From contig NC_042998.1 of NCBI RefSeq assembly GCF_006345805.1, forward strand, positions 142,352,001-142,416,000: 64,000 nucleotides of DNA. The letters run 5' to 3'. Positions 40,785 to 57,634 of this stretch are shown here, piece by piece. The position numbers and the translations under genes are program-made. The notes below the pieces were generated by a model that was not told the DNA's origin, searched no databases, and worked only from the letters and a program-made list of their open reading frames with translations. Source of the stretch: Octopus sinensis. Taxonomy: Eukaryota. Position 1 is the first letter of the stretch. The number at the start of each line of letters is the position of its first letter.

Positions 40785-40997
40785 ATGTTTGTGTCTCTGT
40801 GTTTGTCCCCCTAGTATTGCTTGATAACCGATGCTGGTGTGTTTACGTCCCCGACACTTAGCGGTTCGGCAAAAGAGACCGATAGAATAAGTACTAGGCT
40901 TGCAAAGAATAAGTCCCGGGGTCGATTTGCTCGACTAAAGGCGGTGCTCCAGCATGGCCGCAGTCAAATGACTGAAACAAGTAAAAGAGTAAAGAGT
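40583..40997 (+). mobile_element. SINE family B, best-preserved copy (reference for the family)
   Basis: A-box tggctgtgtgg, B-box gggttcagtccc, CORE-like cttgggcaagt, internal (TA/TG) tract, tail aagtaaaagagtaaagag. Confidence 0.9.
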
Positions 40998-41984
40998 ATA
41001 CTTACATACATACATACGTAAATACCAAAAGCTCATTCTCTGTATTTTCTGTATACGTAACTTTGGGATCTTGTTAAATTTTTTCCAACCACAGTTTAAA
41101 ATTTCCACCTGACCATTTTTAAAAACATCTAATGCTGAAGCAGTTTTGCATGCTTTCTATAGTAAAGAAGCAATTAAACTTAAGAGATTTTAACCGATCG
41201 CCCACAAACAGGAAGTCGCAACTGTTTGTTGTCGTAGCAAATCTAGTCTATCGTTGCATCCTTGAGAAAAAGCGCATGGATGGAAGGAAACACCCTTCCT
41301 CTTAGGAGTTTAATTTTGTTTTTATATTACCAGAGGAAGAGATGACTACAGCCAAGTTTTGTATAGTGGAACTTAGGATTAGCAGCCCTACAGTTGTTGA
41401 TTATAAAATTGTGATCTCTTTTGAAAAACTATTGAAATGTGTAGCACAATATCGTTAATGTTTGGGAAACATTTATATTCTTTTCATTTGTTCCATTATT
41501 TTATTCAATTCTTTTTAAAATTTCAATAATTTTCTTTATTTTCTTTCCTTAAATTCTTTTTTAAAATATATTCTATTCAAAGAATAAATTCAAATCATGC
41601 AATTGAAGCATCTCTATAATGTAAGCATTTCTAATATCACATACTTAACTTATGTTGTTTAAATGCCGAGAACTGTGGTATTTCGTCCGGGAAAGATCTC
41701 TTTAAAGACGAACAAAGTTAAAAACACAGTATAGCTCAGAGCAAGGCGAAACAAAATCACGTCGGAAGGAAAGAGCGGCAGATATAGTATTTCACTGTTT
41801 TTGCAGATTATCAACGCCGCGCATTCGCCTCACTTCCGAAACAAATTCGAAATCGCTAATCTGAAGTATATACAAATAGTGTAAAAACTATTGCTTTGCA
41901 ATTGCATCGCACAAATAGAATATTAATAATATCACGTTAAATATCTGACAGGGAACTTAAGTCGTTACTTGTTTACCTTTCTTA

Positions 41985-42330
41985 ATACTCCAAGAGTAAT
42001 GAAAGACGTCTCTAAATCTAATCTCCCTGTTATGTACAAATCTAAGGGAAAAGTTTGTGTTTACACAGGATCTGTTTACTGGACGGTTCGTTAAACATTT
42101 CTCTTCTGTTGCCAAACGTTTCTGAGAGAATTATTTCGGACCTAAGTCACTTCTGCTTTTGGGCAACTCTGTTGGCCATCCTTTAAATTTCGATTTTCTC
42201 CAAACATGTGCATTTGTTGAAGTCGCTTTCATTCCACCAAACACAATTTCATTACTACACCCTATGGCAGCTCAGAGTTATTTCCGCTTTCAAGACTTAT
42301 TATATTAGAATAACTTTAAATTAGTTCATT
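41985..42330 (+). pseudogene. Tigger/pogo DDE_1 transposase remnant
   Basis: PRVMKDVSKSNLPV..; KSLLLLGNSVGHP..VAFIPPNTISLLHPM..FKTYYIRITF resembles LLLLDNAPGHP..FLPPNTTSLLQPMDQG. Confidence 0.8.
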
Positions 42331-42739
42331 ACAGTGACTAGTGATTAACTTTAAGCCACTGACGAATTGTATAAAATGGTAGCATAATGTTTCAATCAAT
42401 AAAAATATTGATGATGTCTGATAGAAGTTAAAGCAACATGACTTTTTGGGGTTTGGAAATAATTGTCCAGATTTAGTTATGGAAGATTAGACGACACATG
42501 ATAAACAGTTTCTGTTAACACGCAGCGTTCCTAATACACCAACACAGTGTTGCTATTTTAAGGAGTATAATTATTGAAGAAACATTTCGTATATATTTTT
42601 GTGTAATTTAACACAATTCATCCATAAGAGATATCATCTCTGGAAGAATACCGCGGTTAATATGGCTTTCCGTGATGTTTTGCATTAAGTAAGATACACA
42701 GATTGTTAATTTAATCTAATACTGCTTTTGTTGCACATA

Positions 42740-43265
42740 ACGAATTTTCAGACTAAACACTTTGAAAGAACTTTGGAAGTGATTTATCAGAAAGGGAAAA
42801 GCGGTGAAAAGTCAATGACATTTTGAAAAGTTTAAAACAACGACAAACGTTTTTGAGAAACAGGCAACCATATAAGAAGCTGTCACAAAAGTCAGTTTTG
42901 CGCCTGTTTGTAAAATTGCCAAATATTACAAACCGTTTTGTGCAGCAAAAGTTTTGAACGACTCAATGGTTAATGATGTTGATATTGTCTACCTAGGAGT
43001 GAAAGCAGAAACTGAAGCTGCATCATGAGGATAACTGTAGTTCGGCGTATTGATACGATTTCGTAAAGTCTTTCAGAACATCTACTCGAGGCTGACAAGT
43101 CATTTGTGCGATATGCACTGGCTCAAGATGAGAACTTTGACATGTAAGAGACAGCACATCTACTTTAGAGTAACTGATGATAATTTTACAATTACTGAAG
43201 AGCTGCTGTCAGTTGAACCATTGAAAGAAACTATAACTGGCCAAGATTTGTATCAAGCAATTTAT
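42740..43265 (+). pseudogene. hAT transposase remnant (SPIN/Charlie, GTF2IRD2-like)
   Basis: IAKYYKPF..; TVVRRI..; ALAQDE..D..TA..FRVTDDNFTITEELLSVEPLKETITGQDLY. Confidence 0.8.
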
Positions 43266-43515
43266 ATCCAAGGAGTTTTAAAAACTGCTTAGAAAGTCTG
43301 GTTTGCCTTGCAACAAGGTAAAAAGCATTACAAAATATCTTTCACATTCACTAAAAAAAATCATGCTGACGTCAGATGAAAACTTGTTCAAAATTTTTTT
43401 GAAAACTTTCACATCTACAACTCGTAGATCTGAAGATGTTTAGTAGAATATCAAAAAGTTACGGGCACTTGAAACCTAAGCTGTTTCAGGACCGGGGTCT
43501 TATTCTAGATAGATA

Positions 43516-44180
43516 ATATTGGCACTATTGGCACTATTCAGTGTGGTCCATTTCGGTGGTTGGGATACCCTTCAATTCCAAAGTTGGGAGTTAGACTTTC
43601 CAGGATCTTCTGTGTGTATATCACTGCATATCTTTCAAATCTTCTCTCTAGTTCCTTTAGCATCTCCTGGTAATTTATCTGTTGCACCGGGTCAATCTGC
43701 TTTATGTGGTGGCGATGGATTGCCTCGAGTTCCGCTGTTAGTTTGACGCTTTGCAACGACCACAGTTGAGAGCAGTAATCTAGCCGACTGAGAACGAATG
43801 TTCTCCATAGGAGTAGCAGGGTATTCTTTTTCCTAGTCTCGGAGTTCAAACTGCCAGTTTCCTGAACAGTGTTGCCATCTTGGTAGTATGTACATGAAAT
43901 GTTACATTATTACTTACGTGGATTCCCACTACCCTGATCCTGTGCATTCCTATTGTAGTCCGTTTGTGAAGTGTTTGCAACTTCTCAGCATTGAACTGCA
44001 TGTTATTTTCATCAACCTACTTGTACATTGCATTCAGGCCTTTCCGCAGTTTTAGAGAATCATCAGGGTCCTTGACTGCCTGCGATATTTTTCTATCATC
44101 ATCATAGCTGGTGAGAGTGGCTGACTGTATAGCTGAGAGAATGTCTGAGAGAGCCACCACTAACAGTAGTGGCGGTTCTA
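43516..44180 (-). pseudogene. CR1-like non-LTR reverse transcriptase fragment
   Basis: [29 protein letters not shown]; LWRTFVLSRLDYCSQLWS..ELEAIHR..RRFERYAVIY..KIL. Confidence 0.8.
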
Positions 44181-44195
44181 TCAGACATATAGACG

Positions 44196-44273
<78 letters not shown>

Positions 44274-44339
44274 CATACAAATATATACGTGTGTATGTAT
44301 ACATGTATCTGTGTGAGTGTATATATAACTATTATGTAT

Positions 44340-44379
<40 letters not shown>

Positions 44380-44385
44380 TTATAT

Positions 44386-44469
<84 letters not shown>

Positions 44470-45270
44470 AAAGAAAAGTACTCATGCAAGATAGTGGAAT
44501 GGTGGAATAGTAAGATCATCGAACCGGATATCTGGTGCTATTATATTCCAGCCCTATGTGTTTTGAGTTTAAATCCCGCCATGGCCTACTTGGGTGGTAC
44601 ACTTGATCCGTCGCCCATTTTGTCACCACCACCTTGCACCTTAGATGTCTTTGGAAGAGACAAATCTATTGTAAGCATTGGGGGCAGATTTCTGGTTTGA
44701 GAATTCCTTACTTCCTCCCTTTCCATCTGTGTTAGCGGTTTCGAATTGAGTGGATCCTGTAATGAGTACTACAACTCACTCTTGACTAAAAGATATATAT
44801 AAGCCTGCTTAACTCATTTAACCCAAACATGGTTTACATATGGAAAAATTACCCAAAACTTTATTAAAATGAAGGTCAGCATAAAACGGATCCTGGTCAG
44901 TTAAATGTCTTTTTCTACTACAAATCATCTTTTGGCCGTAACACACTCAAAAGTGTAAAAAAACCTTTTTTCTATACAAAAGACTCGAAATATGTGATCC
45001 TCTTTTTCCTTCTCTGCTGTTTACTTATTTTATATATATATCAAATTTACCTTATGAATATGTACACCGATATATTTTCAGTTGAACTTATAATACGAAG
45101 ACATTTACATGAAAACGTATGTTTACACTTTTATTTTCCTATGTACAAATACATTGAATAAAACCAATTACGCATTATGTTAAAAAGTTAAATTTGTTTT
45201 AATAAAACAAAAAATATGTGTACATACAAATTTAACGCATTTTAGAACCTTTGTCGGTATGATAGGTAGG

Positions 45271-45359
<89 letters not shown>

Positions 45360-45794
45360 GGGTAATTTTGGTACAGGGTCACGAAAAAGGCGCATACGGA
45401 AAAATAGGAATAAAGCACACAGATAATGGACCCGAACACGTTCATTCCTTCATCTGTAGTTGACCAAAAGCCATCACAATTTTGACACCTTCCGATATTT
45501 GTTCAATTTGATGGTGTCGACAACATAAAGTGGTCGAACATGATAAATGAACAAGGACAGGAAAAAATAAATAAGACAAGTACAATAGCAAGTAAAAATG
45601 ACGTCTCTACTCCGACGAGTTATGGGGAGAACGGGAAAAAGTATATATATCGAAGGAAGCAATTAGGTAAACAATGGTTATGTATGTATGCATATATGGT
45701 GTGTACGTATGGTATGTATGTAAGTATATATATGTGTATGCGTGTGTCTTTACGCATGTATACGTGTGTTTATATATATAAATATAAATGTATG

Positions 45795-45870
<76 letters not shown>

Positions 45871-45887
45871 ATACATATATATATAAT

Positions 45888-45921
<34 letters not shown>

Positions 45922-46071
45922 ATATATATATATTACTTCTTTTAGTCATTGGATTGCGGCCATACTGAAGTGGTTTGTCGAACAACTCGACACCATACTT
46001 ATTCAATCGGTATTTTTGCCGAATCGCCAAGTTACGGGGACGCAAACAAGCCAACACGGATCGTCAATATT

Positions 46072-46165
<94 letters not shown>

Positions 46166-46170
<5 letters not shown>

Positions 46171-46330
46171 AATATTATTAGAGACAAAACCACTATTTTG
46201 CAAAACAAACAAGGAAAGACTTAATCAATACATAAAATTTTAATAAAATTTATTAAAATTTTATGTATTGATTAAGTCTTTCCTTGTTTGTTTTGCAAAA
46301 TAGTGGTTTTGTCTCTAATAATATTTTATA
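46166..46330. repeat. Perfect 165-bp palindrome (82-bp arms, 1-nt centre at 46248)
   Basis: 46166-46247 reads as the exact reverse complement of 46249-46330; adjoins (TA)n on the left and non-repetitive AT-rich sequence to about 46410. Confidence 0.92.
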
Positions 46331-46481
46331 ATATTTTACTATAAAATTGGATTTATCCTAAATCTGATTTTTTCCCTGTAATTTGGATTTATTCCCTAAT
46401 ATTTATTATTATATATATACATATATATATATATGTGTGTGTTGTGTGTGTGTGTGTGTGTATATGTATATATATATATTA

Positions 46482-46549
<68 letters not shown>

Positions 46550-47291
46550 AACACCTTCCGTTATTATTTACCCTCTCTACAACTCTCTTCACGGAAGAGA
46601 CATATTTATTCAAACCTATCATCTCCTTCTTCCATTATACACTGTATTCTCTTTTCCTTCTTCTTATTCTTTGCCATAGTCATCATCATCAAACACACTA
46701 TTACCACCACCACCACCACCATTGTCATCATCATCATCAACAACAACAACACTTTTAACATTAGTATCGTCGTCCGAGAGCAGCAGGCGCAATTTCTTAT
46801 GGATAAATAAAGGAGGACGACGACAACTACAACGCCACCTGCAACAACCACATACAACTATATATTACATATAGGTCTGGAAACTGCTGCTGCAATTGGC
46901 GAAAACATTTGCAGGTTCTTTCCCATAAAAGAAGGAACGTGGGAGTGATTTGACAATAGGAAGAGGAGGTAGAGAGAGAGGAGTACGATAAGAAAGAGTA
47001 TAGGAGAGGAGGAGGAGGAGAAAGAGAGAAGAAGGAAAAGAAGAAGAAGAAGAAGAAGAAGAAGAAGAAGAATTTAAATATATATATTTTTGAATATAAG
47101 GGTGACGATGATGATGACAACCACGACGATGATAATGATGACGACAACGATAATGGTGGTGGGGGGATCGTCGTCGTCGTCGTCGTCGTCTTCGTGCTAG
47201 TGCTGGCTTAAAGCAGAAAATTCGGAATTGTGTCCAAGACAAGTTTACGACCAATCACAGCAAAATGCAACATTGTTATTATTATTATTAT

Positions 47292-47343
<52 letters not shown>

Positions 47344-47928
47344 TGTCATTTGTTATTGTTGTCGTCGGTTTTGAATTCTTGTTGTTCTTGCTGCTGTTAT
47401 TGTTGCTGCTGTTGTTACTGTAGATGCTATTGGAGTTGTAGTTGTTGTTGTAACTACAGTGGTAGTTGTTATTGTGATACGTGTGGCCGCTGCTGCTGCT
47501 GCTGTTGCTATTGTTAAATTTATTATTGGATAATCAAAAGACATTTCGCAACAGTTTTTGCCTCGGCAGCGACACCAGTTCTGCGATTGAATGTTACAAT
47601 GACACCGTGTTCACTGGTTTCGCTGACATTTTGAAAAAAACCTCCACAGGAAGGAAGGAAGGAAGGAAGGAAGGATTGAAGGAAGGGAAGAAGGGGAAAA
47701 AGGTGAGATAGGAAAGGAAGGAAAAGGGGAAGTAATAAGGGAAATGAGCCCCCAAACAATACGAGTTCGTGTATGTACTGCACGCATGTATGTATATATA
47801 TGTCAGTCAGTGATTGCGAGTGCATATATAAATAATGTACATATACAGATACTAACGCGTTTACATCATAGGTGTGCGTGTGGGCACATATACATACCTA
47901 TATATAATATATATATATATTATATATA

Positions 47929-47969
<41 letters not shown>

Positions 47970-47970
47970 C

Positions 47971-48018
<48 letters not shown>

Positions 48019-48930
48019 GATATAATTTATATATTATATATAATATAATATATATATAATACATATTATATATATATTATATATCTCAATATATATCATA
48101 TATATAGTATATTATGTATATATATATTATATATATATATATATACCTAATACACACATACACATTATATACATATATGTAATATACACCTGAGTAAATG
48201 TATATACACATAATGGACACCTGTGTTCCCAATGAAAGTATAACTTTTTCACTCGGTATTAAAATGCCAGTGTTTTATGTCGCTGTCTGCTTGTTTATAT
48301 ATATATGCGCGTGTGCGTGTGTGTATGCATGTAGGTACATATGCACGTGTGTACATATATGTGTGCGCGCGTGTGTGTGTCTGTCTGTTTACTTGTGCAC
48401 TCATATATAATGTCTGTGCTAGCTACAGAAGAAAAGATATTATTTTGCTAAGACCGAACGATGAAAAGAAGAGAACAAAAATATAGAAGAGCAACAGATA
48501 GAAAGAGAGAGGTGACTATGTATAGTTTAATTGTTAAGGTGGAACGAAAAGAAAGAAGAAACTGTGGCTTTCCTGCTTCTCTCCAAATTTCATTAGTGTG
48601 ATAAATGTATAAAGGTTTGTCTATGGGCTTGAAGCCGGAGCACGAATCTGAGTCATCGAATACTATTTTCGATCTAGACATTTGTAAATCGAGCGTGATG
48701 GAAGGTGTACACTGCAAGGTAGGCATTTTGTTTAATAGTTATCATATCTTTTACTTGTTTCAGTCATTTGACAGTAGCCATACCGGGGCACCGATTGGAA
48801 GAGTTTTACTCGAACAAATCGACCCCAGTATTTATCCTATTTTTTACCCGACCACAAAATTACAAGGGCGTAAACAAATCAGCAACGGTTGTCAAGTGGC
48901 ATTGGGATCAAAAGCAAAGACATACATGCA

Positions 48931-48979
<49 letters not shown>

Positions 48980-49014
48980 GTATATATATATATATACTGT
49001 ATATACTGTATATA

Positions 49015-49200
49015 TCTGATATATAAATGGCAATCTCTGTTTGTCTTTCTGTCTGTCTGTTACTATCTTGCTGCCCAAACCAGGGAACCAATCTTCACCA
49101 AACTTTGTATGCATGTTAAACTAACATCCAGTTAAATTATAGGCTAACTGGATTTCAATAAAAATCGATAATGAGCCGACCACGGGGTTGCGCTATCACA
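49015..49200 (+). mobile_element. Possible non-autonomous Helitron-type 5' segment
   Basis: tatataaatggcaatctctgtttgtc..ctgtctgtctg..ccaatcttcaccaaactttg pattern resembles 5' regions of animal non-autonomous Helitrons; no 3' CTAG/hairpin identified. Confidence 0.3.
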
Positions 49201-49448
49201 TGGCAAAATGAGAGGGGTGAAAAAGGGTTAGGTTAAGGGATAAGTGGCATAATGATGGTGACTGATATCAGGGAAGGCGAGGAGACAGAAAGAGATAGAC
49301 ACACAGGGAATGTGAGAAACTGACAGAGAGTACGACGGACAGGGACACTTCCATATATATATATATATATATAAAAGAGAGTTTGTGTGTGTGCGTGTGT
49401 GTGTGTGTGCACGTGCGCACACTTGTATATTCCTTATCCATTCGAAAG

Positions 49449-49680
49449 CTGAGTTGTCGATTTTGACGTATGGGGTATCAAAAGATTCAGTAATCTTACG
49501 ACTACCAAATAAACTTTTTCATTTACATATTTGCATTATAAAGAATTTACATTATAATTTTTTTCTAGAAGTCAACTATCGTAAACATTTTATACCACGA
49601 CGTCGTCACATTTTCTATATGAGTGTGTACCTTAAAAGACATCTATTTCTCTATATGTTATGAGGAACTACAATCACTCA

Positions 49681-49715
<35 letters not shown>

Positions 49716-50510
49716 GCACACACATGCGCACGCGCATGCATACATATATACAAAAATTATGTGTGCATATATATTTATGTATGTGTATATGAAAGATGTG
49801 TCTGTGTGAGACAGGGAGAAACAGAGTGAGTGCCACTTACACATACATGACAACACACACCTTCATTCACCCACTCTCTCTCCTCTCTCACGCACACACT
49901 CAAGTGCACACACAGACACTCACACACACATACACAAACACGCACAAACACACACACTTCCATTTCATATACATGTACATAGAGCTTGCATTTTGTCTTC
50001 TCTCCCACTTTCTGCACTCACTTCAAAGCAAATGTCGCGGTTTCACTTTCTCGTCTCCTTCAAATTCTGCTCTCTTCAAAGCATAATTTTTTTCTTTTAA
50101 ATACGTAAATTAACGAATATATTCAAAAACTGAGTTGTCGATTTTGACGTATGGGTATCAAAAGATTCAGTAATCTTTCGGCTAACAATTAAACTCTATT
50201 TTCATTTAAATATTTGCATTACAAAAATTTAACACTGTAATCTTTCTATAATTCAACTATCCTAAAAGACATATGATATCACGCCGGCGACGTCACATTT
50301 TGTATGAATGTGTACTTTAAAAGACATCCATTTCTCTATATGTTTTGAGGAAATACAGTCATTCACTTTCTCTCTCACATGCACGCTCACACATACATGC
50401 AAAAAAGGTGTATACATATTTATATACGTGTATAAGAAAGATATGTGTGAGAGAGAGAGAGAGCGAATGAGTGCCACTTACACATACATGCAAAAAATAC
50501 ATACCTGACA

Positions 50511-50579
<69 letters not shown>

Positions 50580-50793
50580 ACACACACACGCGCACACACA
50601 TACACACACACGTACACATGCACACACTTCCATTCATATACACGTACATACCTCTTTCATTTTCTCCTCTTTTTCACTTTCTGCTCTCACTTCAAAGCAA
50701 ATGTTGCTTTTTCACTTTCTCCTCTCGTTCTGTTTCTGCTCTCTTCAAAGCATAAAGAAATAAAAAATATTTTACGGAAACTAATGAATAATC
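49449..50793. repeat. Two diverged tandem copies of a 681-bp unit with embedded microsatellites
   Basis: ctgagttgtcgattttgacgtatgg..tatcaaaagattcagtaatct at 49449 and 50130; cacttcaaagcaaatgt..ctgctctcttcaaagcataa shared near the unit ends. Confidence 0.85.
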
Positions 50794-50866
50794 ATATGAT
50801 CGACGACCATATGATCGAGTTGACAACTTTCCTGCTTCGAACGAAAGAATGCCATAAAATAACTTC

Positions 50867-50911
<45 letters not shown>

Positions 50912-51347
50912 CACACACACACACACACACAAACAAACACACACACACACACACACTCTAGGTAAAACTGCTATATTAATTATGTTATCGCTTGCTATGT
51001 GCACGCTCAAAATTACAGCTCAAATCCAATTGAAATTGCCTTTTTATATTCTGTAATTTGTGTTAAGTGATGAGTGTATTTAAAAACCTCATCTTCGATA
51101 TATATTTTAAAAGTTCTCCAAGAAATCCTGTCCTTTACTTGTTGTTTCTAGCATGCCCGAGGCGACTAGAATAACCTGAAAGGGTGAACTTTGCTTATCA
51201 TTTACATATACATCATGTATGTAAATATGTGTGTGTGCGTGTGTGTACGTGTGTGTGTGCGTGTGTGTATGTGTGATTATGTATACTGGCATGTTCATTC
51301 GATGCTAATTTTGTGCACGCATATATATATATAGCTAGCTAGCTAGC

Positions 51348-51435
<88 letters not shown>

Positions 51436-51689
51436 GAGATAGAGAGATATATAGATACACTTATACTTACACACACATACACATACACACACACATATAC
51501 ACACACATACACACACATACACACACATACACACACACACAACCGACGAGAGAAAGATAATATACACAAGCCGAGGTTGTTTTAGCAACCCAACTCGCTA
51601 ATTATTAAAACCAAAAACAACGTAACTTTATCTATTTAGATATAACCAAAAAGCATATAATAGCTAACTGGGCTTATATTTTCCAAAAA

Positions 51690-54400
<2,711 letters not shown>

Positions 54401-54639
54401 AGGTGGGTAAAATATTAATTCCGTTAACTAATTAACGAATAATAAAGAAATGAAATAGAAACAGTGTGTGTGTTCATTATTGACATGATCAAACCCCCCG
54501 AGACACAAGAAAATATGTTTCAACACACGGTTTCCCATCAAGAATTTTGCAAACCAAGTACAAAAACAGTAAACGTTCATATTCTCCATTTTACTTTTGT
54601 AGTAACTCATCCATTGTCTGGTGACAATACTGAAGCATT

Positions 54640-55050
54640 AACTAAATTCTTGTGTGGTAAGAAGCTTGTTTCCGAACCACATGGTTCCGGCTTCAGTCTC
54701 ACTGCGTGGCACCTTGAGCAAATGTCTTCTACTATAGCTTCGGGTTGACCAAAACCTTGTGAGTGGATTTGGTAGACGGAAACTGAAAGAAGTCTGTCGT
54801 GTGTGTGTGTGGTGTGTGTGTTGTGTGTGTGTGTGTGTGTGTGTGTGTGCTTTCTCCCCATCCCCGCTTGGCAACCTGTGCTGGTGTGTTTACGTCCCCA
54901 TGACTTAGCTGTTCATCAAAAGAGACAATAAAATAAGTATCAGACATTAAAATAAATCATTACTGGGATCGATTTGTTAGAAGAAAACCTTTCAAGGCGT
55001 TGCCTCAGCATGGTCGCTGTCCAATAACTGAAACCAGTAAAAAGTGAAAG
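54640..55050 (+). mobile_element. SINE family B
   Basis: tgtgtggtaagaagcttgtttccgaaccacatggttccggcttcagtctcactgcgtggcacc..ccttgtgagtggatttggtagacggaaactgaaagaag. Confidence 0.8.
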
Positions 55051-55399
55051 ATAAGCATAGCTTGAATATTTGGTAATGACCGAAAGAGTACGATCGCAAA
55101 TATCCATTGCCGCAGCTGATCACGCTTGGGAATGCAATGACAGTTGCTTCAGATAAGACCTTATTAGGGGGTGTTTTAGGACTCTATTAAGACCCTACTT
55201 GGGGGTGCTTGAGGACCCTCCCAGGGATAGTGGGCAGCGAAAAAGGATGAATGGAAAATATGAAGAAATGTAGAAAACATTGAAAAGATATATTCCCTTT
55301 TCTCCCAATACTTTTCCGAGCGATTGTCAGAATCAATCTGGTATCTTTAAACAAGGGAATCACTATGAAAACATTTCTGATAGAGATGGGTAGGTGAAG

Positions 55400-55830
55400 A
55401 GTGTCAATGAAGTAAGGATGAGTACAAAAGCCGAACTGAAGATAGTAAGTTTGGCCTTTTACCAACCTCCCCTACTTACCAACCCTCCTACAATTCTAGC
55501 ATCCACTTCAGCCTTTTGAATACCGCCCCGAGATACTTTAACTTCTCCATTTGGCTTCACAATGTTCCACTAATATATATAGAATGCATTGAGAAGATTT
55601 TCTTCAGAGAGCCAATGTCTTCGTCTTCACAACACTAATTCTCCGCTCTACTTTGCAGCACTTGGCAGCGAACCCATTCATTGCGTGCAGGAGGTCACCT
55701 TCTGACGAACCATATCATCTTCGTATAAAATTTCAAAAACTCAAGACCTTACCGTGTATTATTAATGGGTTCTTTTCTCATATCCTGATTTTAAGACATA
55801 TGATCCATTCACCTTCATGTGCAGTTGCTT
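55400..55830 (-). pseudogene. RTE-clade reverse transcriptase remnant
   Basis: ILYEDDMV..EGDLLHAMNGFAAKC..ISVVKTK..EKLKYLGAVF..EVDARI. Confidence 0.7.
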
Positions 55831-56029
55831 TGGGAATTTCATGAGCCACAGTTTCATTCTGACATTTAAAATGAGTTGTTTTCTTTTTAGTTTATTCTTG
55901 AGTAAATGTTTCAGTTTCTACTGATTAATATTCATCATGCAGATTTTTTTGCAAATAATTTCCATATCTATAATGATTTTTTCCTTTGTTTTCTTGTTCT
56001 TACATCATCTTCTGCTTCTGTACTACACT

Positions 56030-56440
56030 GATATTGTTGAAACACCTTATATCTTTCTTTTATCTTTTGCTTGTTTCAATCATTGGCCTGCAGTCATGCT
56101 TAGGTACTGCTTTGAAGCGATTTAGTCGAACAAATCGACCAAGTAGTTATTTTAAAGTTTGGTATTTATTCTATCAGTCTCTTTGGTCAAACCTCTAAGT
56201 TATAGAGACTTGAGCAACCTAACACAGACTGTCAAGCGGTGTTGAGGGACAAACACAGACACAGACACACACATATATATACGACGGGCTTCCACACAGT
56301 TTCCGTCAACCAAATTCACTCACAAGGCATTAGTCGGTCTGAGGACATAGCTGAAAACACTTGACCACAGTGCCGCAGAGACAGACTGAACCCGAAGTCA
56401 TGCGGTTTCAAATCGAACTTCTTAACCACACAGCCATGAT
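56030..56440 (-). mobile_element. SINE family B
   Basis: acgacgggcttccacacagtttccgtcaaccaaattcactcacaaggcattagtcgg..actgaacccgaa..cttaaccacacagcc. Confidence 0.8.
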
Positions 56441-56719
56441 TGCACTTATATAATTAAAAGAATGTTCGTATGAATAAAAACAATGATAAATTATGTATAA
56501 TGTGTCCTTTCGTTTCTTGCTTACCAAGAAATAGACCTCTCCTTATCTGAGTGGTACAATAATGTAATCATAGTTAAAATTTGTTTCAGGATATGCGTTT
56601 GAAATACAACAGAATTCAGGCATGGAATATTTCAGAACTTAATTTAGAATATCAATCAAGGCAGGGTTTATATAAATGTGTCTATGAATGTACATAGATA
56701 CGTTCTAACTTATATGCTT

Positions 56720-57500
56720 ATATATATAGTGAAAATTTACAAGAAAACAAAAAATACGAAGACGGGTGTGTAAACAACAAACAAATGTATTAGTTTAACG
56801 CTCGGGAAGTGAGAAAGTCTTTTACGTTTCGAGCCTACACCCTTCGACAGAAAGGAACACAGAAATAAACAGGGAGAGGAAATAGAAAAAGGTTTAGGGC
56901 TAGCGATCTATCATGGCGAATACCGGACAGAGGGGTCACACAGGAGAGCTAAGAAGAAGGGAAGATAATAAAGTAGTGGTGACCCCACAACGAAGGTGCG
57001 CGTGCGTGTGTATGTGAGAGCGTGTATGTGCATGTGAAAGGAGGCTGGTGACATTGATGTGTGTGTGTGCATATGTAGGTGTGTGGATGATGGTGTAGGT
57101 GCTGGGAAGTGGTCAATGCTAGTGTATGCGGGTTGGTGTGGGTGCTGGGAAGTGGCTAGTGCTAGTGTGTGCGGGGTGATGTGATGTGGTGTGGTATGGC
57201 GGTGTGTGGTGGTGTGGTGGGGTGGGATGTGGTGATGTTGGAGTGTGGGGGCGAGATTGGGGGAAGCAAGGGTGGCGTTTAATGGATGAGGTGGGGTGGG
57301 ATGGGATGTATAGGTATGGTAGGTTTGGAATGTGTAGGAGTCGGGTAATGAGGGATGGGTGACGATGAAGGGAGTGGGGAAGGGAGAAGGTGGGTAGGAT
57401 TGACGAGAGGAAGTAGGTGCCAGAGCAAGAGAGGTGAGGTTGGTGAGAGGAAGTGATCTGTGAGGGGAGCGAGGAGGCGAAGGAGGTGAGTTGATCTCTA
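56720..57500 (-). mobile_element. Penelope-type pLTR plus low-complexity 3' region
   Basis: Hammerhead-like fold at 56819-56854 followed by a G/T-rich tract, the same layout as 24025-24800; (TA)n flanks. Confidence 0.5.
56819..56854 (-). ncRNA. Hammerhead fold with A6>U core
   Basis: Minus strand CUUU CUGUCGA A GGGU-GUAG-GCUC GAAA CG UA/AAAG. Confidence 0.55.
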
Positions 57501-57581
57501 GATATGTATGTATATATATATGTGTGTAGGTGTGTAAATATATATATATTATGGTTCTATATATCATATAGATATATATTA

Positions 57582-57634
<53 letters not shown>

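Noticed and set aside
48597-48720. Candidate exon with donor AAG/GTAGGC
   Set aside because: The frame ending at the donor has stops just after the nearest acceptor, the opposite strand is equally open, and there is no recognisable protein.
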